This document shows, in pieces, positions 25,970-36,963 of a stretch of 64,000 bases of DNA (position 1 is the stretch's first letter; each line of letters begins with the position of its first letter). The DNA lies in the NCBI GenBank assembly GCA_965153355.1, contig OZ231126.1, positions 3,658,001-3,722,000 on the forward strand. Direction: 5' to 3'. Source of the stretch: Flaccisagitta enflata (taxonomy: Eukaryota). Under the pieces are notes generated by a model that saw nothing but the letters and a program-made list of their open reading frames with translations, searched no databases and had not been told where the DNA came from. The position numbers were made by a program, and so were the translations under genes.

Positions 25970-26383
25970 ATTTTATTTCTTTGACCTCACTGTTCCTGCC
26001 AAAATGGTCTGGTGACCTCAAATATGGCCCCTGCCCACCCGCACGCGACTTCGGTAGCCGTGTATCCAGCCTTGTTTATTTTCAATCGGAATGTTCAAAA
26101 TCACCTGAATTAAAGAGAGAACAAGGCCGGATACACGGCAATCCAGTCGCGGACGGTTGGGCAGGAGCAGTAATGCGAAAAACCGCTCGCAGTTATAGAA
26201 ATATTTCCTACCGACATACTGACTTACCGACCGACACGGCAAGGTCTAGAGTCGCGTGTCCGCGATTAAAAAGAAAACGGGTGGGAATAGGAAGGTTGAT
26301 GGGTGTGTCTGATGGATGTGGGCCCGTCACATGACAAGTGTTAATTTTTTGGTCTTGAAACAAGGCCGGCGTTGGACGGCTCC

Positions 26384-26562
26384 TGTTGTTGTTGTTGTTT
26401 TTGTCGTTATTTTTGTTGTTGTTTTTGTCGTTGTTGTTGTTGTTTTTGTCGTTGTTGTTGTTTCTGTTGTTGTTGTTGTTTTTGTCGTTGTTGTTGTTGT
26501 CGTTGTTGTTGTCATTTTTGTCGTTGTTGATGTTTTTGTCGTTGTTTTTGTTGTTGTTGTTG
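26384..26562. repeat. (GTT)n microsatellite
   Basis: Seen directly. Confidence 0.9.
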
Positions 26563-27075
26563 ACATTCGAGCAACCTCCTTATCTTGCTTTACTTCAGCG
26601 ACACTGTACACGTCTGTTTGTCCGGCTAAAACTCTAAACTGAACTCTATACTGAATACCTTTTCGTTTGTTTTTGAAGTTTTAGTGGACATTTTGCAAAG
26701 GTCTTCAGCTTGTTTGTCATTGTTTGAAATAGCAAACTGATTTTTCAAAGTGCATTTTACTGCATTTGGCACTTGTGTGAGTATTGTTGTGCTCCATCAA
26801 ACATTTTAGTTGTTATTGTCTGTACTCATTTGTTTATTTTGTTGCTACAATTTTCATTCTTTCATGGTTTTTTGGTCACGAACTTGTGACTCGATAAGAG
26901 GCTTTGTCCATCCATCCATCCATTCGTCCGTCCGTCCATCCATCCATCTGTTTGAGATGCATGTGTGGGGGAGTTGGGGTTGGGATGGGGTTGGGAGACC
27001 CCCACCCACTCGTCCGCGACGATATTGTAACCTCGCATTGCTTGTTAAATTGTTCCTTTTGTTGCCTTTATTCAG

Positions 27076-27715
27076 CGCCCCCACAATTGGGATTCCCCTT
27101 CTCCATAACCGGCTTCTTGCAAGCTCGCGTCAACCCATTTTCTCCTCCTCCTCATCCTTATTCGTCGTTCAGCGCCCCACGATTGGGATTTCCCTTGTCC
27201 ATGACCAGCTTCTTACAAGCTCGGGTCGACCCATTTTCTCCTCCTCCTCCTCCTCCTTATTCGTCTCAAGGACCTCGTCTCCCTTATCCTCATGCTTCAC
27301 CTCATCCTCACAGTCCTCATCCTCATCCTCACAGTCCTCATCCTCCTCCTCGCGGTCCTTATCCACCTCCTCATGGCTCTCACCCTCCTCCTCCTCACGC
27401 CATTGGTGGTTATCCTCATCATCATCGCATCACCTCTCCACCACCTTCCTCGCATCCACCACCTCCACCTCCTCTTCCGTCGAGACCCTCGACCACGCCT
27501 ACCGCAACTCCTCAAGAATCCTCAGCACCCCCGCAGCAGCTGCAGCAGCAACAATCCTCTTCTTCCACGACCTCAGCTAGCTCCTCCATGGCGGGACCTG
27601 CACCTCCTCCTCAATCATCATCTTCGTCCTCGATGTCTGCATATGCATTTGCTGCTGCTGCCGCTCCACCGCCAAATGCTTCTTCTTCCTCATCTTCATC
27701 AGCCTCTTCCACTCT
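27076..27715 (+). pseudogene. Orphan Pro/His/Ser-rich exon-like fragment with duplicated 5' end
   Basis: Acceptors at 27075 and 27172 each precede LGFPxSxTxFLQARVxPFSPPP. An open low-complexity frame follows and runs into a TE minisatellite. Confidence 0.45.
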
Positions 27716-28519
27716 CAGGTCCAAAATTAGACCATAAATCAACCCTCCCAGGCTTGTATTCAGTCCTCTTTGGCCGGAAATTTGCCCTCTCAAGCCTAAA
27801 ATCTGACCACTCAGGACAGATGGATATAAGAAAATTCACCCTTGTGTCCTACAGGACATCGGCCCTTTGGGGCCGCCGCGCTGCCCTGCTCTCACTCCAC
27901 TTCTTCAGCTGATCGCTCTTTGTAAGGAATCGGGCAATGCTGACCATGTGCAATCCTTTTTGGGCAGCGGCCCCAAAGGGCCAATGTCCTGTAGGACACA
28001 GGGGTGAATTTCCAGATGTGCGTCTGTACGTACATCCATCTTCCCCTGAGGCTACTCGGGCCCCTTTTAAGCCTAAAATCAGCCCTCCCAGACCCTAACT
28101 CAGCCCTCTCAGCCCCCAAATCAACCCTCTTTGACCCCAAATTAACCCTCTCAGGTAAAAAATTAACCCTCCCTGGCCTAACACAAACCCTCTTAAGTCT
28201 AAATTATCTTTCAGGCCCCAAATTAGCCCACTCAGGCATGAGATCAACCCTCTCAGACCCCAAATCAGCCCTCTAATTTTCCCTCCAGCTCTTAAAGATG
28301 CCCTTATCCCTGATCTTACATAAGCCCTTGGACCCCTACTCCAAGCAATTAAATGCCCTCAAATATGCTTTCTCGGGATGTCTGGAAATTCACCCCTATG
28401 ACATAAGTCCTTTAAGGCCACGGCCCTGCTCTCACTCCATTACTTCGCTTGATTACTTCAAGCAGGGCATCGAGTACCACTGACCATGTGCGATCCTTGA
28501 ATGATTAGTTTCTTATGTG

Positions 28520-28760
28520 CCTCTTCCTATAGTTGCTGCAATTGCCACAATTGTTATCTCATACCCATCTATCTCTTATCTCCTACAGTTGCTGTTCTGC
28601 GACAATTGCGATCGTCGATACCACATGTACTGCTTGTAACCACCCCTTTAATCTCATGCTTATCTTTCTTATCCCTCCAATTGCTGTTTTGTGTGGATTT
28701 GCAATTGCGGTTACCACATGTATTGCTTGCAACCTCCTTGCAGGAAGATGACCCTAAAGG
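28520..28760 (+). pseudogene. Triplicated, disabled PHD-finger exon (DPF/d4-like)
   Basis: After acceptor tcctacag, 28589 reads LLFCDNCDRRYHMYCL*PPL. The copy at 28681 has a mutated acceptor (caa) and frameshifts: LLFC..CGYHMYCLQPP..DPKG|gttag. A partial copy starts at 28533. Confidence 0.72.
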
Positions 28761-29009
28761 TTAGCTTTTGTACTACAACCACCAATACATTATCAACCCC
28801 TAAAATGTCACGCCAAACGAATTTCCGCATGTGAAAAAAACTTTGCCGCCATGTTATTTTAAGTCCCAATACATCATAAAACACTGGGATTGTAGTCTGA
28901 TGCGGGGTCATTGATGCCTACATTTATAGGGCTATCCGAGACAGTGTGTGAGATGAAGAGCGAGAGAGAGCGAGAGAGAGAACAATTTTTGTGTTGTGTT
29001 GTTTTCTTC

Positions 29010-29798
29010 TTTTTTGGGCAGCGGCCCCGAAGGGTACGAAGTCCTGTAGAACACAGGGGGACTTTCGTTTGTCCGTTTGTTCGTTTGTTTTTCCCCCCCC
29101 TTCAGGCCTCAAATCTGGCCTCTCAGGCCTCAAATCTGGCCTCTCAGGCCTCAAATCTGCCTCTCAGGCCTCAAATCTGGCCTCTCAGGCCTCAAATCTA
29201 GCCTCTCAGGCCTCAAATCTAGCCTCTCGGGCCTCAATCAGCCTCCCAGGCCTCAAATCCCTCTCGGGCCTCCGTCTGGCTTCTCAGCCTCAAATCCAGC
29301 CTCTCGGGCCAATCTCAGCCTCTCAGGTCCAATCCAACTCTCAGACCTCAAACCTGGCCTCTCAGGCCTCATGCCTCTGCCTCCTCCAAATTCTCAGGCC
29401 TCAAACCTGGCCTCTCAGACTCGTAGGCTTCTCAGGCCTCAAATCCAGCCTCTAGCCTCAGTTTATTGCTATCAGACTACATATCAGTCCTTTGGCCTTT
29501 CAAGCCCTAATCCCGAGCTCTCTCAAGTCTCAATGCAGCCCTCTAAAACTTCCAATTGGCATTGTCAGGCCTTACATCAGCCTTCCCAGACTTCAGTTTA
29601 GGCTCTTGAAGGCCTTCTGTCAGCCCTCTATAACAGCTCATCCACTTCTTCAGGCAGGACAAACAAGAGTCCCCCTGTGTTCTACAGGATTTTGTCCCCT
29701 TCGGGGCCGCTGCCCTGCTTCCCCTCACTCCAATTCACAATCCCTCAAAGCAGGGCAATGGGTATCGCTGACCACATATTGCTCTTGGGCGACCTGTT
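29010..29798 (+). mobile_element. Family B interspersed element (GGGCAGCGGCCCC sub-TIR, 20-21-bp minisatellite core)
   Basis: Terminal GGGCAGCGGCCCCGAAGGG, an inverted copy ~80 nt from the other end, then a conserved tail (GGGTAYCGCTGACCA..GCGAC). Copies or parts at 640-900, 7785-8210, 9583-14230, 27740-28500, 37900-38107, 51855-52566. Confidence 0.7.
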
Positions 29799-30660
29799 TT
29801 TGTCCGCGACGGAATATCATTCCGACGCGGACTATAATTCAAGGCGGGTGGGTGTCGTCGTCGTCGTTGTTGTCATTGTCGTTGTCGTTATTACGGATTT
29901 TGAAAAATGGATAACTTTTTCATGCTTTGACCGATTTGGTTCATATTTGGTGGGAAGTTGTACTAGGGAAGGGCGCTTTACATCCTATCCGACTTTTGTG
30001 ATCCGACCAACCCAATCGGCCCAACCAGCCTACCATCAAAAGTGAAAAACATGCATAACTTTAGCATTTTTCAACAGATTTGGTTGAAATTTGGCATGGA
30101 GTCTCTAAATGGAAGGACTCAACATATGTATGTGATTTATATGCATTTGAGCTTGCTAACCGGCCAAACCGACCTACCACCCAACTAGCCTACCAACCAA
30201 AAAGTGAAAGTGAAAGCGTAACTTTGTCATTTATCAATTTATTTGGTTGAAACTTGGTATGGAGTCTCTAAATAGAAGAACTCAACATATGCACACTATT
30301 TATCCTGTCAAACCAGCTTACCACCCAACCAGCGTACCAGCCTAAAAGTGAAAAACTTGCATAAATTGGACATTTTTCAACCAATTTGGTTAAGACTTGG
30401 TATGTAGTCTTTAAATGGAAGAACTCAACATATGCACGCTATTTATCCAAACCAGCCTACCACCCCATTCAAGTGAAAAACGCGCATAACTTTGCCATTT
30501 TTAAATGGATTTGCATGAAACTTTGTATGGAGGCTCGAAATGTAAAGATTTTTAGTTTCAGCGCACTTACAGGGTTAAAGATCTTTTGGACATAGCAATT
30601 TTATGGAATTGGTGATCTTTAACCCCCCTCCGTTGCGGACCCAGATACTGTTCAGATTTT
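29798..30660 (+). mobile_element. Family D Helentron-like element with internal degenerate tandem repeats
   Basis: 14-bp-arm hairpin at 29802-29832 followed by TATA, (GTC/GTT)n, repeated CCTACCA..AAAGTGAAA..GCATAACTTT modules, sub-TIR TCCGTTGCGGAC at 30629-30640. Confidence 0.65.
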
Positions 30661-31315
30661 TCTTTCTTTTTTCCCATCTCTTAGTTTCTCCCACATCGTT
30701 TTTCAGGCAGCAGCCCTGAGCGAGAACTTTTTTAGTCGTGGATACGCGACTCTACACCTTGCCGCGTCGGTCGGTTGGTCCGTCACATTTTTGAATTCCG
30801 AGCGGTATTCGCATTACTGTTCCTGACCAACTGTACGCGACTGGATTACCGTGTATCCAGCCTTGTTAGAACAAAGGATGACTTCCATTTGTCTGTCCAT
30901 TCCTTTGTTTGTTCCCCCTCAATCAGGCCTCTCAGGCTTCAAATCGGGCCTCTCAGGCTTCAAAATAGGCCTCCCGAGTCGGATATCTCTGACCACATAT
31001 AGCTTTTGGGTAACGGGTTTCCTTTCTTCCTCCCTCTCTCTCTCTTTCTTAGCTCTTTCTTTCTTTGCTCATTCTTTCTTTCACTGCTCATTCTTTCTTT
31101 CAAAATGTTACGGGACCGATGGACCGACGGACCGACGGACAGAGCAAGGTGTAGAGTCGAGTGCACGAGAATGTCGAGAATGATCATGTTTCTTTTAAAC
31201 CTCGTAGCAGACTTACTACGGTCAAGGGGCTTTAAAATCTCTGACAATGTTTTTCTTTCCCTCAATTTCTCTAAGTTGGCGCATGTTAGTAGCCGAAATT
31301 AAGCTTTGTTGCTTA

Positions 31316-31729
31316 CAGAGAAGGAGAAATATCAGATGTGAACCCCCCTACCCCCTAAAACTGTAGCACCCCCCTTACAGCTCAAACTATAACAATAAAT
31401 AATAAATTTATTATTATCAATAAAAGTTTATGACTATACAAGTGGCATCTCCAGATAGATTTTGCAATTTTCATTCCAGTCTCAAATTATAATGAAAAAT
31501 CTTTGATTTTATGCACTTATAATAATAATTAATTTTAATATTTTATTAAACTATATCTTGACTTAAAAAACAAAATTGAAAACTGCGCTGATGAGGCCAC
31601 TTGTATTAATAGTAACATTTTTCTTTTACCTTTAAAATGTTTGTAATCTAATCAGTTAGAGCTGTAGGTGGGGGTGCTACACTGCTTCAGTTTTCAGGGG
31701 GTTCACACCTTGTATTAACCTTCTCTCTA
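31316..31729. mobile_element. TA-flanked foldback MITE
   Basis: CAGAG..GTGAACCCCC TIR; second copy at 56461-56861. Confidence 0.75.
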
Positions 31730-32915
31730 TAAGCTTGAAATTTGTAAAACAAGAGTTTTGTTGAAGTGCCGATAACATGAATTCTGCAGTACGTAATTGT
31801 AAACTACGTACAACGCAGATTGCTTGTGCCTCTCGTGATAAAGTTTATTTCAAACCCTCATCAATTCTTTTTAAGTGCGTCCTCGCACTTCTAAGAGGTC
31901 TAAGAGGTCACGTCTGTAGGTCGGTTGGTTGGTTGGTCGGTCGGTCGGTCACGCAAACATTTGAAATACGCAAAACGGCTGATTCTGACGTATTTCTTCA
32001 TTCCTATAACCTTTCATACCTCATCACATTCATATTCATTCATTCGTTTATCTATTTCTTCATTCACTCATTCATATATTCATTCATTTATCAAAAACGT
32101 TCATTCACATAATCTTAATCAAGCGAGGCGCACTTATTGGCCTTCACTTGGCCTTGTTGTATTTGTTCTAGCTCTCGAACCTGCGGCTAAGCGTGAAGGT
32201 ACTGGAGATGTATATGTAAAGAGAGACCGGATTGCTCCTACAACCAATGGCAAAACCGCGAGTGCCGTTGAGTGCAAACACAAACAACAACCGTCCATTT
32301 TATTTTCAGTCAACTGCAGGGCCCAGTCAAGATGAAAATCTTGCACTTCCTGTTTGGCTTTTCTTGGATTACTTAAATATTCTAGCAGGGATGTATAAAG
32401 TTCTATGATCTTTGATTAGTTTCCCCCCCTGCCTTTGATTTTCTTCACCGCAACGCGTTGCATCGCGTTTCAAAATCTGTGATTTTCTTCCCCATATAGC
32501 AATAAAACAATGTTTTAAAGGTTTAAATAGTGTTAAATTGTGTTTACTAATCAATTTTTATGATTTGGTACTGCCAAAAGTTTTGTTTTCCCCAAATTTT
32601 CTTTTTTTCTCTTTTTTCCCCTTTGCATTTTTCCCCCCATCTCCAAACCCTTTGATTATTTCCCTCCCCCCACCGGGGGGGGGGGGGGAAATGTAGAACA
32701 ATATACAGGCCTGTATTCCAGATGTGTAGAAGTTCTGTTTGCGGTAAAAGCATTTTAAATGAAGAATTTTGAATTTTTAGATATTGTCAGTACATTAATA
32801 AATATTTTTTTAGTCTTCTTATTGATCAAATAAATTAATGAAATACCATGAATTGGTCATAAAACGGTGTCCTTTTTTCAATGCGCCGCAGTGTAGGTAG
32901 AGCAGGGTATAACTG

Positions 32916-34056
32916 CACAGTGGGCCTTAACTAGGAATGAGTTAAAAAAAAAACCCAATGGTAGTAACTTGTATGAGTAGGTACAATTTACAGTGGACAG
33001 TCAGCGGACAAAACACAATAGGTATATATATCACTCAGTTGATTTTGATCCAGCCCACTGATGTTGAACAAAATGCTGTAAACAATAACTGGTTGTTGAA
33101 GTTACAGCCGGCTGTTCAGTTACAAAGTTGGCAAAAATCCAACTTTTACCAAATGGAATGAAACCTGCAGATTCATAATCCTAATGAAATTCTGAGAAGT
33201 TTGATATGTCACAACGTATACTTTTATATGAAATTAAAATTCTTTATCAATGTTTAATTTAATTATAATGCAATATTGAAAAAAAAATATTTTTTACAAA
33301 GAGTATTAAGTGTAACATATCAAACTTCTCAGAATTTCATCAGGATTATAAATCTGCAGGTCTTATTCAATTTGGTGAAAGTTGGATTTTTGCCTGAACA
33401 GCCGGTTGTAATTTCAATAACCAGTTGTTGTTAACAGCATTCTGTTCAACATCAGTGGGTTGGATCAAAACCAACGGAGTGATATATATACCTATTGTGT
33501 TTTGTCCGCTGACTGTGGAGAATTGATGTAAACCCTTAAAAAAAAATTTCCCTTGAAAATTTTTGCAAAAATCGTTAAAAAATATCAATTTTTGTATATA
33601 TTTGCAAATAGATCTCAAGGATATATCAGTTTCAAAATTATGACTCAAGATTCACATTCCTGGTGATATTTCCAATCATTTGATAGGTCACACAATATAG
33701 TTTCATGAAAAAATAAGATTTTCATATCTCAGGCCACCATTGCTTTCTTTGTAACGGTGGCAAGAAAAATGAAAATCTTATTTTTTTATAAAAGTATACA
33801 GTGTGACCTATCAAATAATTGGAAATTTCACCAGGAATGTGAATCTTGATTCAGATTTTTGAAACTGATATATCCTTGAAATCTTTATGTAAATATATGC
33901 CAAAATTAATACTTTTTAACATTTTTTGCAAAAATTTTCAAGAGAAATTTTCTTTTAAGGGTTTACATCAATTCTCCACTATAAATTATACCTACTCATA
34001 CAAGTCACTACCATTGGGGATTTTTTTAAACTCATACCCAGTTAAGGCCCGCTGTG
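32916..34056. mobile_element. Long-TIR foldback element, CACAGTG terminus, 4-bp TSD ACTG
   Basis: CACAGTGGGCCTTAACT / AGTTAAGGCCCGCTGTG. The inverted repeat continues across the nested insertion at 32998-33515. Confidence 0.8.
32998..33515. mobile_element. Nested foldback MITE, CAG..CTG, 4-bp TSD TGGA
   Basis: Perfect TIR CAGTCAGCGGACAAAACACAATAGGTATATATATCAC. Confidence 0.85.
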
Positions 34057-35958
34057 ACTGGTCACCCGGGGAGAAATGGTTCACCCGCTTTTCAGTCACG
34101 TGCACGCGACTCTACAACCCACTGTCTGTCTATCGGTCAGTCTGTCTGTTAGTAACGCTTTGTGTTTTTCCATTGTTTTCCTTCGTTTTACGTCATTTTA
34201 AGTCATTTTAAGTCATTTTAAGTTATCTAAAGTTAATTAAGCCTTTATTTTAGGGTCAATTTACATTCAGTCTTTTGGTCTTTTAATCTTTTGGTGTTAT
34301 GGTCTTAACAACCACACGCGGCTGTAAGGTGTTGGCCTTGTTACATAGAGACTGTGAAAACAAGGCCAACAGTCCCGTACGGGACATGAATAACTTAAGA
34401 TGGCTTATATTGACTTTAAATGACTGAAGATTACTTTGAATGTTTTACAATGGCTTAAAAACATTACTTTAAATGACTTAAAAAACATAAAATGATGTAA
34501 AATGACTTAAATGAATAAATTTACCTGACTGACTTAAGTGATTCAATATCACTTAAAATGACATAAAATAAACTTTTAATGACCAAAAATGACAAACGAC
34601 TTAAAGAAATAAAAAAATTACAGTTTGACAGATGGGCCGACCAACCAACCGACGGACGGACCAAGCAGGTTGTAGAGTCGCGTGCATGCGAGTTAAAATT
34701 GCCGATTCTGATAATTATGGAAGGTTAAGTGTATCTATGATTAGTCGCGTGCTAGGCTACACCCAGTTTGGTCCTTTGGTCCTTCGCTCCGTCTGTCACA
34801 TTTTTAGGCGCGTCCGTCAGGAACACATCTCTATAAGAGGGTCTGTCCGTCTGTTGGTCCATCCGTCGGTCCGTCGGTCGGTCCATTACGCCTGTGATAA
34901 AAACGCGTTTCTTGGCTGTTTTTGGTCACGGTGAGATCCTACACTGAAACAAATGATCAACCAACGTGTTTTGAGAGTCTTTTCACCCGTCTGTCGTCCA
35001 TCTCTCTCTCTATACATATGAAGGTTGGACAACATTACTACTCAACCCAATCTAAACAAAGGACAAGAGCCTTTGGAGCTCTCAATGGTGTTTAATCCGG
35101 ACCCATCACAACTATCCTTACAATCTCAGACTGAAACCTCCCTTTTCAGAATTTATAAGTTCTTTCACATGCATTATCATAAGTTCTTTCTCATGATCAA
35201 CACACGCTAAGAGTAATACACAGCCCGAACGCATCATTGCCCGGTCAGGCTGGTTTCTCATTTGTTGACCTCAATCCTCCTGCCTCCTGCCTTGTGTTGA
35301 CCACAAATACAGTCCCTGCCCGCCCGCCCGCGACTGGGTAGCCGTATTCGACCTTGTTGATGAAAACGGAATTTTAATGTAGGTTACAATGGCAGGGATG
35401 TACATAGGGATGTATATAGTTCTATGATCTATGATTAGTCCCCCCCCCCACTGCCTTTGATTTTCTTCCCCGTGACGCGTTGCGTCGCGTTACAAAATCG
35501 ACGATTTTCTTACCCATATAGCAATAAAACAGTGTTTTAAAGGTTTAAATAGCGTTAAATTGTGTTTTACTAATCAGTTTTTATGTTTTGGTACTGCCAA
35601 AAGTTTTTTTCTCCCCAAATTTTCTTTTTTTTTTCTCTCTTTTTCCCTCTTACATTTTTCCCCATCTCCAAACCCTTTCCTTATTTCCCCCCCCCCCCAC
35701 CACCACCGAATGTAGAACTATATACAGGCCTGTTTAATAGAGCTGAATATTTGGGTAAGTTGCAAGACTGAATTGGGATCGAACGAATGAATAAAAGACC
35801 AGCTGGAAAATAAATTTACTCGCGTAACAAATTTTGTAAAGAAAGCATTCAATAGAATTGTCAACGAAATCAGAACAACTACAGAAACAACACGATCACA
35901 TCTTGTCAAAATTGTTGGTCGCGTGCGAGTCACAAATGCTTGAGCAATACGTCTGTTA

Positions 35959-36238
35959 GGGTGCCTAGAAAAGCCAAAATAGCACTCCACTTGGCATAAA
36001 TGTTCCTTAGCAAAAACGCTTTCTTTTGAGCCATTGCGCAATTTTTAAATAAATCAAGAACCATTTTAAGGGTGACTTTGAAATTTTCTCTAGATCTGTA
36101 TGAGCGGGACAAAATTTACATATAAGAAAAATAATTTCTCGATTGATTTTAAAATCGCGCATGGGTTCATTTGAAAATATTTTGGCTAGAAAAAAAAAAA
36201 ATTCCTAGGCGAAGTAGTTTTGGCTTTTCCAGGCACCC
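35959..36238. mobile_element. Harbinger-like MITE
   Basis: GGGTGCCT.GAAAAGCCAAAA inverted repeat flanked by TTA/TAA. Confidence 0.6.
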
Positions 36239-36266
36239 TAACAAATGTTATGAGCAAAGACGAATA

Positions 36267-36682
36267 CACTTTTTTTTTATAAGAACCTAGTTTAGAAGAA
36301 CGTCAAGGCTTTGAATGGCCCAAAAAATAAGAATATCTTAAGAACATACCAAGGCTTTAAATCTTAGGAAAGAAATTTTATTTAAGGAATATTTTTAAAA
36401 ACATTACTGGAATTTTAGTATAATCAAGATGATTTTATACAATTTTTAATAAAAATACTATGAAATCATCCACCAACTTTAATGTTTTGCATTTGTTTTA
36501 ACAGAATTTAATAATAATATATTTAGTATAATTGAAAAATAGTATATTACATGGTTTCTTATAGTTTATATAGTATTTTAAATTAAGAACGCTTTAAGAA
36601 CATTGAAGGCTTCATTTGGCTTCAAAAATAAGAACATGAAGCCTTCGAAAAAAAAATGACGTTCTTATAAAAAAAAAAAGTG
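36267..36682. mobile_element. TA-flanked MITE
   Basis: TA|CAC-Tn-ATAAGAAC .. GTTCTTAT-An-GTG|TA. Confidence 0.7.
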
Positions 36683-36963
36683 TATTATGGAACGAAATCG
36701 ACGGTGATGCGAGAATCCAATTCTTAGCCGCGGACTCGCGACCTACTATTTGAGGCTTTGTCCGTTTGTCCATCCATCCGCTCAAATCAAAAAGTGTGGG
36801 GATGCACGGTTGGGCATGTGGCGACGTGTGTGTGGAAGAGAGGGGGGTCCTATGCCCCAGCTCACCTTTCCACGACGATATTGTAACCCCAGGTTGCTAG
36901 CTTACGAATCAGTGGATGTACTTTTATACCGATTGTCGAAGAGTATCCAGTTGAACTCAACTA

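Noticed and set aside
23920-32270. GRF zinc-finger-like reading (RYWRC..C..W) of the duplicated segment
   Set aside because: It needs frameshifts, and the substitution pattern favours another frame.
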